From Felis catus (taxonomy: Eukaryota), in the NCBI RefSeq assembly GCF_018350175.1, contig NC_058368.1, forward strand, positions 79,672,001 to 79,736,000: 64,000 nucleotides of DNA, read 5' to 3'. A program made the position numbers and the translations under genes. The notes beneath the pieces are model-generated. The model was not told the origin of the DNA, made no database searches, and saw only the letters and a list, made by a program, of their open reading frames with translations. This document shows, one piece after another, positions 24,865 through 37,515 of the stretch (its first letter is position 1; every line of letters begins with the position of its first letter).

Positions 24865-25032
24865 GTGAGCAGGGGAGGGGCAGTGAGAGAGAGACAGAGA
24901 CAGAATCTGAACAGGCTCGAGGCTCTGAGATGTCAGCACAGAGCCCAACACGGGACTCAAACTCACGAACCATGAGATCATGACCTGAGCCGAAGTCAGA
25001 GGCTTAACCGACTGAGCCACCCAGGCACCCCC
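24865..25032 (-). mobile_element. Can-SINE lacking its poly-A tail
   Basis: Head and body present; the tail is missing and the element abuts the L1M fragment directly. Confidence 0.9.
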
Positions 25033-25089
25033 GGATTCTGCTCTTTCTAAACAAGAACCGCATTCATGCAGTATTTACAGTAAAGAAAA

Positions 25090-25260
25090 GTTTATTTATT
25101 TATTTATTTATTTGGGGGGAGGGTAGGGGCAGAGAGAGAATCCCAAGCAGTCTCCCCACCGTCAACACAGAGACCAACGCAGGGCTTGAACTCACAAGCT
25201 ATAAGATCGTGATCCGAGCTGGAATCGGACACCCAAACAGCTGGGCCAAGCAGGTGCCCC
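25090..25260 (-). mobile_element. Can-SINE (diverged)
   Basis: (TTTA)n tail, gagagaatcccaagcag...caggtgcccc. Confidence 0.9.
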
Positions 25261-25587
25261 AAATCTGGTGTTTTCTGTTGGGTTGATTATCTTCTTAATA
25301 TTGAGATGGAAACATTCATTTATTGTATGTTTATACAGTATAAATATACATAAACATATTTTTTCTTTAAACAAAAGATATGAAGAGCTAAACCCAAAAC
25401 GTGAGCTGGAGCACTCTTCCTCACTCCCGCACCTGAATATGTATATTATTTATGTTTTAGCTGAAAGCTTTCTTCTTTGTATTTCCAGCATATCACACTT
25501 GGTCACAGAGAACTACATTTTCCACGCTCCTTCATTCTGTTTGCTATTGTTTCAAGTAGGGTTTTTATGGATTTAGATTAGGCTGAG

Positions 25588-25588
<1 letters not shown>

Positions 25589-25625
<37 letters not shown>
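25589..25625. repeat. (TG)n microsatellite
   Basis: Direct reading of the sequence. Confidence 0.98.
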
Positions 25626-25627
<2 letters not shown>

Positions 25628-28014
25628 CAGGGTGATATCTTCATCACATTTTGGTATTGTAGCATTGCTGACTTTATAAAAAGGAACACTTCTTAAAACC
25701 TGGTAATGGTTTTAAATAGCACTGACACTATCCTTGAAGTTTGGGAGGCATTCACCCGTGAAACTGTTTGGACCTGATACTTTTTTCAACGAGTAGCATG
25801 TTTCATAGAGACAGTAATGGCACATGTGTGTTGCTAGGAGGTTTAAATGACGAAATAATGCCAGTAAAGTTTGTGGCGCTTCAGAGGTTCGAGGTGAGTG
25901 TCAGTATCAACGTGTGACAATTTCAGACTTCCCCACCATCGGAGCTACATTTTGCCTTGCAAACAATTCAGGAAGAAGGAAAGTTTTGAAGGATGCCGTG
26001 TCACTAAGCCATTATGCTCTTCTAAAATTTTCCACGTTCCTTAAAATTCCTCAAGGATGGGAAAGGCGTTATTAGGAAAAACAAGCATTGACCGTCCCCC
26101 TCTGTGACGTCTCCCGGTCTCCACGTAGAGGCACTATCTGTCGTTAGCCTCAGGGAACGTAAAATTAAACTATGTCTGACTGACTTTGGTAGGTTGCCAT
26201 GATACAGCTGGATTTTTCTGAATTTCGTGGCCCTCTAAGGCCTCTCTCACAGCATGTTTGCTTGGCTTCTCTTAGGTCATTGGTGCTTAATAAGTGGGCT
26301 TCCCTTGTGTTGCTGTAAGTCATTGTGTATTTCTCATTACCAAGGCCAAAGTCCTTTGCTTGGCACAGAAAACCGCAAACAGCCTGCTCCCATGCAGGTG
26401 TCATGGGCGATGCTGTGTGCCCTTTCTATCAACTTTATTGATATCATTTGCTGAAAATAGACTCAGACCTAACGAAGAGAGAAACCGAATTAGCAACTGA
26501 CATAATAATTAGCACACACATACCCACACACACACAGACACACTCCCCTCATTCCTTCTAGAAAAAAATGTTGGGTCATTAACCTGTGATTCAGAATGAG
26601 CGTTAGTGACCTCAGTCAGTAAATAATTCCGGCACACCACAGGGTGAGTGACTGTCCGTGACCCTCGTATTTATAGTCCGAGGGACAAGAGTGTGTCATA
26701 CCATAATTGAAAACGCTCTCCCATTGGCCTTATTCATCACTGGGTTATTAAAATCTTTGTTAAAATATTATTAGCTTGTTTGAGCTTTGTCAGGTCTTAT
26801 ATAAACTCCAGAATTAGCACTTCATCTACATGTAGTGGAATTTTCCCCCCTTCATAAAGAACAATCATATTCCAGGTGCCCTGTGAATCCACGGTAAACT
26901 AATTAATCTTTGTCTAACGATGTTAATTAGGATGGTATTTAGACCGATGTCTTGCAAACACTCTGGGGGCCATGACTTGCTCATAGATCCTCAGGCTGAC
27001 ATGAAAAGCCATCAACTCTCATTCCTTCGTGAGTACAATTTCTGACAAAAAGGTACACGTTGTAACTTTAAAGCTAATTAATTATATTTCTGGCAGGTAG
27101 AAGATACTGTGATTTTAGCGTGTTTCTTGCGAAAAGTCACAGGATTTCCTACCAAGACATCATCCTTAGTAATATTCCGGCAATTTCAGGGCATGGTAGG
27201 CTTATGGCCAAATGAAGCCACTTTTGTAAACATCAAACGTTACTCCTGAATCACAGATAGGGACCCTCCAGGCTGTATGTCGGATCTATTGGCACTAAGT
27301 TGTGATTTCCCTGGGGAAACAATTTTCCTGATCGGGAAGACTTTTCAATAACCCCGTCAGAGAAGAATTCTGTATGGGCAGGACATCCCTCCAAAGAGAC
27401 AGTCTGTAGAGAACATGTATTAAGTGCGCAGCTGAGAGTTAGTTTCTTGTGTTACTTACATCTGGAATCAAAAGCTGGAGAACCGAGGAGATAAGCCATA
27501 AAAAGCAGAAACATGCAAACATACTTGGCGAGCCGAACTGCATATTTTAAGGTTGTGGATAAAGTAACAGCAGAGCACGACTGAAGTTAATGCAAAATAA
27601 ATGAATTGTTTGGTGGAGGCATTTGGCAGCAGAAGGGGAAACACAAAAGAACAGCATGGGAATTATTACTGAAATACTGAAAAGCTGTGGACTGTCGCCA
27701 GCTTTCCAGTGACTTTATAAGCTGTGACGTTTATGAAAAGCATAGTATGCCCTACGCTTCTAAATTTATAACAAAAATATCAGTAAAACTGTCCGGATGG
27801 AATTTGTGTTCTGGCTGTGGTTCTTAACCATAAAACATTAGCATATATGCACATAAAACCAAATGTACTTGGCTCATTTTGATGTTGCATTTTCTTTTTT
27901 AAATTAAAAGTTTTACTTACATTGATCTACAGGTAAGAAATGCTCTGCTGCTCCGTTTCATGCGTGTTTCTAATTATCTGCCAGGTTTGGGAATCTAATT
28001 GTTTTGCAGGCGTA

Positions 28015-28132
28015 CTTTCTCCCTCTCTCCTTCCCTCTCGTCCTCCCTCCCTCCCTCCCTCCATCCGTCTGTCCCTGTCCATCCCTCCCTTCTCCCCTCT
28101 CTCTTTCCTTCCTTTCTCCTTTCCTTCCTTCC
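28015..28132. repeat. Pyrimidine-rich (CCCT/CCTT)n low-complexity tract
   Basis: Direct reading of the sequence. Confidence 0.9.
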
Positions 28133-28817
28133 GCAAGCTCAGTCCCTCAGCCCACCCACATTCCTGGGCACCAATCACAATTTAGCGAATCTCTGACTTC
28201 CAGGAACTCATTATCTCAAAGAGTTGTCCATGATGAATTCACTTAAACTGTTGCATGAACTGATGCCATTTGATAACTATTTGATATTCAACAATGCTTA
28301 GTGCATATCTAATGAAAATCGCTTATAATAGATTTCCGGAAAAGCTACTATGATGCGTGTAAGCCAGTAGTCTCCGAAGCAGCCTTCTGAGGCAAAGCTC
28401 AAGCTGGCAAAGCATGATGACACTTATTACACATATCTTGGAAAAAAACCATATCCACAGAGTGCTAATTGAAGACCCTGAAATGACTGTCTTGCACATG
28501 TTCTCTTTCCGGCCCCGAATAGAGAAAACTTCCAGACAGACAGGGATCAGGATGTGTTTTTCCCTCCTCGCTGCTCAGGGAAGAGACCACATGGCTGGCA
28601 ATCCTCCCCCCAGGGAGCGTGGTTCTGCAGTGACAGCTCTCCCCTATACCAACACAACGCCACAGCCGCCATTTTTCATATTCTTCCCATGTATGGGTAC
28701 AAATAAGGAAAATGAAGGCACACCCTATTGTGAGAAGGAACATGAGTTCTGAAAGATTCTGGACAGTGTAGTTCTGAGGAGTAATGTATTCACAGAAGCG
28801 GAATTCACGGTGGTCAA

Positions 28818-29069
28818 GCCCAGTGGGACCTGTGTGCCTCCTATGGGTTCCGGGTACCCAACGGCCCACCAAGGCACGGAGAAGATCCTCTCTATAGACC
28901 ACCCTAGCAGAAACTCGGCCCATACTAACAGAGACGCCAGGCCCAATGGGACCTGTGCACATCCTATGGGTTCAGGGTACCCAACGGCCCACCGAGGCAC
29001 AGAGAGGATCCTCTCTGTAGACCACCCTAGCGGAAACTCGGCCCATACTAACAGAGATGCCAGGCCCAG
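28818..29069. repeat. Tandem duplication, 123 bp unit x2 plus the start of a third unit
   Basis: Units start at 28818 (gcccagtgggacc), 28941 (gcccaatgggacc) and 29064 (gcccag); the first two align without gaps. Confidence 0.97.
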
Positions 29070-30467
29070 AGCCCATAGGCCAGGTGGAAGGCCATCTGTC
29101 ACCACACAGGGCACCAGGACGCTGAGGGGCTAGCATTCGGTCTGTGCTGCCATTCGATACATACTGGGTGTGAACACATTTCTCTCCAGGTTGAGTATAT
29201 GCACACATACACCAAACAGAAAACGTGGGATGACCCAGCAGGACATGGCACTGACCCCCTCAAGTGTCAGAGGCAGGAAAAGCCCCTGAACATTGACTTA
29301 ACATAACGCCTAGAAGACCACTTGCTAAGTGGTTTAACGACTCACGTGGGGTGTGAGAAAGGTCTCCAGGAAGCCAGAGGAAAAGTCAGTAAAACGGAAG
29401 TGGATGACAAAACTGAAATTAAAATAATTCAAAAAAATGCAATAAAACAAGCAAATTGGCCCACGGAAGAGCAAATAGAACTGATACTGTAGAAAATGAA
29501 TCAGGAAGGCAGGACGAGCTCGAAAAACCCCAGAATGCAGGAGAAAAAGGCAGTATCGTAAGGAAATAACAGTGCGAGCTTATGTAGAGTGGGGAGTGAA
29601 AACACGACAGAAGAAAGTGACTTGGAAACACACACTGAAATACACACTTGAAGAAAAACGCAAGGAAGGAAACATCGGGAAATGTCGGAGCCTTACCACA
29701 ATCGCAGAAAAAATTCCCACCAGCATGCAGGCCATAAACACGGTGTCTTACAAGGGACAGATATCAAACTTGCCCTTAACTTTCCTTTCTTTCTCCCAAG
29801 TGACACATTGGGAGACAATAGAGTATGTAACATATTGTATAGTATCGAGGGTTGGAGAAACCGATCATGCAAAAAATTCAGCAAATACAACCCAAAAAAA
29901 CAGAGCATTGGTGTAACAACACGATTTGAGGATGTACAAGAGACATATCACACGGGGCTGAGGTTATCTAATACTGATAAAGGGGGAAACCCAGACTGAA
30001 AAGGAGAGGGCTACGAACTCAAGGCATCAAAAACAGCATACCACAAACGTTAAGTCTGTTAGAAACCCCAGAAGAATGTAATGGAACAGTACGTATTACT
30101 GTTGGGCTCTACAACAGAGGCCACACGTCCTGTGCATTTGCAACCCAGATACTATTAATGAAAGATTACGTTTGAAACCCCAGCCTGGAAGGTAAATTGC
30201 AGCAGAGACTTTGCAGGGCCATGGGCAGCTTTGCTCTCCAGTTTGGGAGCCAGAACTGGGCACAACCTGCAGGTGGCATTTCACTTCCGTGCACATGGCC
30301 CACGTGGCTCGTGCGGCTCGAGGAAACACGGCCCACGGTCACAACGGGAGAAGGTGTGAGAGGTCCTGCCCAGCAATGGGGCAGCAGGGGACACGGGGTC
30401 TCAGTAGGGAAACCGATAATTACGGTGCAGAAGTTGATGGACTTCTATAAAGAAATATAAAAATGTA

Positions 30468-30682
30468 GGGGTGCCTGATGGCTCAGTCGGTCAAACGTCC
30501 GACTTTGGCTCAGGTCACGGTTTCACGGTTCATGAGTTCAAGCCCCACGTCGGGCTCTGTGCTGACAGCCCGCAGCCTGGAGCCTGCTTTGGATTCTGTG
30601 TCTCCCTCTCTCTCTGCCCCTCCTCTGCTCATGCCCTGTCTCTCTCTGTCTCAAAAATAAATAAAAACATTAAAAAAATTTT
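30468..30682 (+). mobile_element. Can-SINE (SINEC)
   Basis: Full element; TSD agaaatataaaa on both sides. Confidence 0.96.
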
Positions 30683-31271
30683 AGAAATATAAAAGTATAT
30701 AAATGAGTGAAATAATACATTGGTAACTCATGCTAGTGAGCCCTGGAGGCTGGGAGGTAGGAAGGGGACTGTGTGTTTTGCCACACAGAGAATGTAGCTT
30801 TGCCTGTTGTATTTCTTTCTTTCCCCTTCTCTTATGAAGAATGTACATGTCTACCACATGCACGGTTATTGAAGACACTGGAGAAATACTAAGCAATGGT
30901 AACCGTGTTTCATTCTGAGTGTTGGGAAGGCGGGCCATGGCTTCATTATGCTTTGTGTTTCCTTTTCATAATTTTCTTGCTGTATTAAAACACAGAACTT
31001 GGAAATAAAAATTCTAATAAATTGCACTTAGGCCAAAAGGATAATAAAATCGAGAGCCGCAGATTATTTTAAAAGCAAAACATTGAGACCACCCAGGAGA
31101 GAAATTAGGGAGGTGTAGCTAAAGTTGTATTCAGAGGCACACAACTCATCCTCATTATTAAGAATTAAAGAAACAGAAATAAACGTGGCATTTCATTCAA
31201 GAAGATAGAGAGATGGGTCCAAAGACAGAAATGCATGTATTTTTATATAAACATTAAAACTGAACCCTCCA

Positions 31272-31483
31272 GAGACGCTTGGGTGGCTCAGTCAGTTGAG
31301 CGTCCGACTTCAACTCAGGTCATGATCTCACAGCCTGTGAGTTCGAGCCCCGTGTCAGGCTTTGTGCTGACAGCTCACAGCCTGGAACCTGCTTCGGATT
31401 CTGTGTCTCCCTCTCTCTCTGCCCCTCCCCTGCTCATGCTCTGTCTCTCCCTGTCTCAAAAATTAAAAAATTTTTAAAAAAAA
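31272..31483 (+). mobile_element. Can-SINE (SINEC)
   Basis: Full element; TSD actgaac(c/t)ctccaga. Confidence 0.96.
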
Positions 31484-32409
31484 AGACTGAACTCTCCAGA
31501 CTTCACACAGGATGTGACAGGGGATGGGCTGGAAGTGTGAACCATGACATCACATGCGTGGCTCCCTCTTTGGAGACACGTTGTTTCTGGGTTCTGATGT
31601 GGACGCGGTGAGACAGAGGCATGGGCTAAGAAATCAGTTCTCAACTGAACTCCTAGGGGCCTCCAGGTCATGTTCCCCCAAGTGGGCACTGGAGGGGGCG
31701 TGGGGGCATTCAGTAGCCATCACAGCAGCCACTTTTCCTGGAAGGAGGCAAACTTCTTGGTGGGAGGGTCTAGGAGCCGCCAAAGAACACATGCAGGTAA
31801 TTATGAAGGATGATTCTTGCCCCTTGTGAACTGAGAATCAGAAGGTGAAACCCTGTCATGGGAAACACTGGTAAAGCCCTAAACCTGCCTCATTTGTGGG
31901 GAAAATTGTACCTAGAATATCCTGCAGTGCGGAGATGGGGAGGGGAGAGGGACAGGGTATCTTTGAGGCCTGGGAAGAATTTGAATTACTGTTGGGGAAG
32001 CGAGCCCTATAATTGCATGACAGAAAAGACTTATCTGCAGTTTCTTTTCTAATGGATAATAGGCCCTGTATCTTCTCTCCCCGAGATGAAAACATTTTGT
32101 TCTGAGTTTTACATGAGCATTTGTGCAATTTTCTTTGAAACGAAAAGCTGTTTATAGTGGTTTTCTTTGAGCACGGACACTGAATTGTTACATGCATTTG
32201 AGGACTTTGGTTTTGCTTTGCTCTCTCTTGTTTTCAAAAACTTTCTCGTAAATCTCATCAGGGCCTGGCATGATTCCTTTAGAGTCCTATGAAACAGAAA
32301 CTTTGAATTAGGAGTCTTGTATGCCATAGGATGAATTTTCAAATGAATTTTTTCCTATGGAAAAACTGAATCAATAAAGAAAGAAAACCACAACAAAGGA
32401 GTTCTCTAA

Positions 32410-32741
32410 CAGAAGAAAGAGAGAACAAGAGAGAGAGAAAGAAAGGGAAGGAAGGAAGGAAGGAAGGAAGGAAGGAAGGAAGGAAGGAAAGGAGGGAAGG
32501 GAGAGAAGAAAGGAGGGAGGAAGGGAGGGAGGAAGGGAGGGAGGGAGGGAGGGAGTAGCAGGCACTGTGTCTTGAAGGAAGGGAGGGAGGAAGAAGAGAG
32601 GGAAGAAAGGAGAGGAGGAAGGAGGGAGGAAGGAAGGAAAGAAGGAGGGAGAGAGGAGGAATGAAAGGAGGGAAGGGAAGGAGGGAAGGGAAGGAGGAAG
32701 AGAGAGAGGGAGGAAGGGAGGGAGGGAGGGAGGGAGGGGAG
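32410..32741. repeat. Long purine-rich (GGAA/GGGA)n compound repeat
   Basis: Direct reading; one short interruption at about 32555-32575. Confidence 0.95.
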
Positions 32742-33339
32742 CACCCCAGCAGGAGGCTCTCACAGTGGCCTTGGCAGGACCGTCTCACAGCCACAAAGTC
32801 CCGACCCTAAAGGAGCGCTACCTGTGGTGGATTGTGGCAAGTTCCCAAACTGACTACCACAGCATCTCCTGTCCCATGTCATTCCACAACGTGACTGCGC
32901 CATTCCCCCAGCAGCAGGTAGAACCTGATGACTTCCCCTGAAGCCGGTAGCTAGGACTCTTCCATGAGTGGAGTATGGCGGAAGTAATGCCCTGAACCTT
33001 CCAAGGCCAGATGTGGAAGGCAGCACATCTTCTGCCACGTTCCCTGGATCAGGCAGTCCTGGAGCCCAGAGCTGTCGGTAAGAGGGGACCTGCGGGGACA
33101 GCCCGGCACCTGGGGGGCGGGGGAGGGAGACTCTGGCAGGTGTTCTAGGCCACAACCCTGGACCTGAACCCTTCTGGCCCTGGAAGCAGATGGGAGTGGC
33201 CAAGACTGCAGACTGGCCTTGGGAAGGAGGGGACCAGTGGAAGCAAATGTCTCCACTTGAGTCACAACTTAGAGAACACGTAGGAAGAAGTCTCCAACAT
33301 CACCTGCAAAAAACACGAAGACACAAAAGGCAAAATGAA

Positions 33340-33740
33340 TTGCATGTTTTCTAAGGGACATTTTCAACTCCTAACCACCAGTCCGATCACGACAAAAAGC
33401 GTCACGCGATCACAGATTGGGGGAATTCTAGGGGAGGCTCGGCTAGAACTTTCCCTGACCGTCAAGGTCATGAGAAACACGGAAAGATTGAAAAACTGTC
33501 ACTGAGCAGTGGAGGTTAGACAGACACAACAATGAAACGTGAAGGGATAGCCTGGATGAGAACCAGGAGCCTAGCGAACGCTAACACCATGGCCACTCTT
33601 AGCCAGACCCGTGCACCAGGGCCTCGACGAGGCTCAAGGGAGGCAACCGGGTCAGGGATGTGGGGCAACTCTCCATACTGTCTTCGCAACTTTTCTGTAA
33701 ATCTAAAATTCTCCCAAAATCCAAAGATCGTTTTCAAAGA
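33340..33740 (+). mobile_element. L1MC/L1MD-like 3' UTR fragment
   Basis: gtcaaggtcatgagaaacacggaaagattgaaaaactgtcac and terminal ctctccatactgtcttcgcaacttttctgtaaatctaaaatt. Confidence 0.7.
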
Positions 33741-34827
33741 AGAGTTCAAGGTAGAGGGGTGGACCCAACCACAGAATGAAATTACCTGGAGAATACAATC
33801 AACCCACTGACTGAGTGTTCAGCAAACACTGACTGGACCCCTCTGATGGGCCAGGTAGTAGCAGGTGCTGTGTCTTGATGATAAAAACATGGTACAGTGC
33901 CTTCTTCTGAGCACACGCACGGGCTCCTGCACCAGGGTGACCTGTGAGACCAGCAGAAGAGATGTGAGTTCTAAGCACACAGGGGATCATGCTCCTGGGG
34001 ATCATAGTTAACCACAAGCTCAATATTCACTGGCCTCGGCTCAATGGAAGTTAACCTTTGGGGGCTTGGGGATGCAGGCAGAGACACGGGCCCCAAGCCT
34101 CCCCGGCTACCCTGAGCAGCTGAAGTCCTGGAGATAAGGACTTCTGACAGGTGATGTTGTGTGGTCCCCGGGGGGGCTGACTGGGCTTACGTGGAAGGGC
34201 CTTCTAGTCACTACCTGGCCTGGCCAGAGGGGGGTGTCTCCTCCAGACACTGGCCACAAAGAGGCTCCAGCATCTTGGAGACATTCTCATCTGTCACGAT
34301 TGAGGCAGGTGCCCCTGAGGGCGAGTGGGACGAGAGCAAGATGCTCCCTACAACCCCCAGTGCACAGAGGGGGCCCCCGCTGCTCAGCGCCTGCCCAGAA
34401 CATCGGTGGTGCCGAGGCTCAGAGCGGTGCAGGTGCACCGGGAGCTGGGTCCTTGTTGTGGGACAGCAGATCCACAGATCGCCCTGACCCTGGGTCCCTC
34501 GCCACCCTAGCTCGCCCGTCACTGGAGGCACGGGGTAGAAGGAGGAATGAGCTCTGTGGAATCAGAAAAGCCATCCTTAGGTTCCAGCTGGAATCCCTCA
34601 CACCTAGGTCTCCCTCCGGTTGTCAGCAAGTGACCCGCTTCCCTTCCTCATGTGTGACCCAGAGATAACACCATCGGCTTCCGGGGGTGTGAGAACACCT
34701 CCTTCTCTCTCTCACTGTGACCCTTTTGGGATTTTAACCTGGCATCTGGGGGGTGTGGGGATAGAACTGATTTTGATACAAAGGAGTTACTTACAATCCT
34801 GTACATCTTGTGTAACACACTTTAAAA

Positions 34828-35043
34828 CTTTTTTTAATATTTATTTATTTTCTGAGAGACACAGAGCACAAGCAGGGGAGGGGCAGAGAGAGAGAGGGAG
34901 ACACAGAATCCAAAGCAGGCTCCAGGCTCCAGGCTCCAAGCTGTCGGCACAGAGCCCGACGTGGAGCTCGAACTCACAGACCCAGAGATTATGACCTGAG
35001 CCAAAGTCAGAGGCTTAACCGACTGAACCACCCAGGCGCCCCT
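34828..35043 (-). mobile_element. Can-SINE (SINEC)
   Basis: Full element; TSD cttgtgtaacacacttta / cttatgtaacgcattta. Confidence 0.96.
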
Positions 35044-36294
35044 CTTATGTAACGCATTTAAAAGCGTGATCTGCAAGAGCATCTATAATCACCATCCCAA
35101 GGTCAAGGGCATCCATGGCATGAACTTAAGGACTCTGGGATGTCAGTAGAAATGTGTGCCAGGGGTTTAAAAAAACCAATCCTGGCCAAGGAAATGGGAC
35201 GTTCTCACAGACCACCTCCTGGTCACTGCTAACCCAAACGAAGGGCGTTCAGTTTCTGTTTCTAGGTCTCTGACCCCATGTGGCACCACATCCCAGCTTC
35301 TGATGCACAGGCAGGTTCTCCTTATTGAAACAAGTTGGACTCATCCAGCGGAACTAACCCGGATACAGTTCTTCAGTCCCACCAGAACTATCCAGGATGT
35401 CAGCATGTGCCACTGCTCTGGTCTGGGCACCCCCAGGGCTTGCCCAGCTGAGCCCTGACCTCCAGTCCCATCTCCCCACCAGGGAGCAGTGAATGCACCC
35501 CAACATGGGGCAAAGATGCTGACTGGTCAATAAGGGCTTGAGTCCCCATCTGACACCTGCATGTTCTGGGTCACCGGGCCAGGCTCAACCCAGATTCTCG
35601 GCCAATCCCAGCTTACCCGTCAGGGCCAAGCTTGAAGTACCCTGACTTAGGAACTTCCCCTAACCATTCCTGCTGGCCTAGGCTCAACTGGCTAAAACTG
35701 CGTCCTCTTCGATAAGATTGAGTCCCGCCTAAAATAGGTCACCTGCAACAGAATAACTCACAGAAATTAAATACATATTTGAAAGCGAGGTACGGCCAGA
35801 TGTGGGTGGAGGAGAAAGTGGAAGCTAGGTTGGAGAAAGTGCCAAGGGGCTTCTCCTCTGAGTTAGAAGGGGTCCCGGTCCCCTCCGCGGCCATCACAGA
35901 TATTCAAAGGTGAGCCTGATGACAGGTGTCTCATGAGCGCCCAAATGTTCTTCTCCAAGGAGCAGCATGTAGCTGTTCGGAAAGCCAGCTCCAGAGCGCA
36001 CACCCCTGGACACTGGCCTCCAGTTCCCCCTCAAGTGCCGCGCTGCAGATCGGCGGCTGGCTTCGCTGGCAGGGCTGGACCGGCTGCTCTGGACTCTTCT
36101 TTGATCTTTGGCCACTTTCCACCTTATCTTCCTCCCTGGCTCCAGTTTTCGAAACCTTAGGCGTTTTCTGTTCTGCTTGGGCGGAAATCTTCAGTCCGGT
36201 CCCTGGGAATTATCGGGCCTTCCCTCCATGTGCCACGGGCAATCCTATCTCTGGCAGAACAGGGCTCAGCTCTCCTGTAGCTCAGATGATAACC

Positions 36295-36320
36295 AGATTG
36301 GTCCGTCACTTCCTGCGCGG
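36295..36320. promoter_or_regulatory. Composite ETS-CRE half-site motif next to a CCAAT box (promoter-like)
   Basis: The minus strand reads CCGCGCAGGAAGTGACGGACCAATCT. It lies in a locally CpG-retaining, repeat-free stretch (about 35690-36500). Motif evidence only. Confidence 0.4.
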
Positions 36321-36503
36321 AGCTTACAAGCAAAATTTGTTCGTACTCCTTAATGCCCTTTTGGATGCGGGTTTTCCTCCCAATTTGGAAGTTAACTAAT
36401 TTGCTTGGAGCGTCTCCAGTCCCTAATCCTTAGACTCACTCTTGCGTTGGACTAGCAAATTGCAGAAGTTTTTCGGAAACCATGAGAGTCGCCTAAAAAA
36501 CAA

Positions 36504-36680
36504 GGCAGCGTAAAGTAGTGATTAAAAGCTTAAGACTCTGGAGCTAGATTCCTGGGTTTGAGTCGGCACTGTGTGAACCTAAACTAAGCAAAATACGTCA
36601 CCTGTTTATGCCCGGTTGGCTCTGTCTGCAGACCAGGCAGTGCCTGAGATGGTAACTCCACTTACGAGGCAGTTCTCTTC
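36504..36680 (+). mobile_element. MIR
   Basis: ggcagcgtaaagtagtgattaaaagc..gactctggagctagattcctgggtttgag matches the MIR tRNA-like head. Confidence 0.75.
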
Positions 36681-37303
36681 AGTCTATTGTCTTCTTACTC
36701 ACGAGATGTTCAGCTTCCAGGTAAGTCTGTGAGTGATAAAACAAATGTGCGAAGGAAGTACAGTATTTGCAGATACGCTCACAGATGTGAGAGTTGATTC
36801 ATAATAAAACTTTCCCCTTAATCCTTAAATGTGATTCAGAGCTAATGAGACTGTTTAAAATACCAGATTTCTGAGTAGAGTCCACTGCGCCCCTACCCAC
36901 TGCATGCTCAGTGTGTAGTGAGCAGCCGAGACCTCAGACCACGGCATGACGAAAGTCCACTTTTCTCCTTGAGTGCTTTGTCATATTATCATAGCCCTGC
37001 TCTTGGCTGAGGCCCAGAAAGAGAAGAACGCAGTGCAGAGATCTCTGTGTACTCCAGGTACAGAGGGTGTTGGTTTACAAGGTGGTTTTAACTGGTGGTG
37101 GTCAGCGTGTGTTTCCACATCTGTGTTTTCCTGCCCGTGCCTGCTATGGGGTCTCACACACAGGAGGTGCTCAGTGAATATTTGCTAACTGGCTGAAGCC
37201 AGAAAGAAGCTGGGGGCAGGGGGAACAATGCCAGCTGGTTGGATTTTGGTTATTCCTTCTACACACTCAGCTTCCCAGTGACTTCATCACAAGGGGAATC
37301 TTT

Positions 37304-37515
37304 GGGGCCGCCTGGATGACTCGGTTGAGCGTCCGACTTCAGCTCAGGTCATGATCTCACAGCTCATCAGTTCAAGCCCCACGTTGGGCTCTGTGCTGAC
37401 GGCTTGGAGTCTGGAGCCTGCTTTGGATTTTGTGTTTCCTTCTCTCTCTACCCTCTCCTGCTCGTGCTCTCTCTCTCTCTCTCTCAAAAATAAATATGAA
37501 AAAATGTTTTAAAAA
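37304..37515 (+). mobile_element. Can-SINE (SINEC)
   Basis: Full element; TSD gggga(a/g)tcttt. Confidence 0.95.

Noticed and set aside
29200..30100. A-rich stretch resembling ancient L1 ORF1 or HAL1
   Set aside because: I could not pin down a diagnostic motif; it needs a Dfam search.
32339..32794. Pro/Ser/Leu/Phe-rich ORFs of up to 151 aa
   Set aside because: Artefacts of the purine-rich microsatellite.
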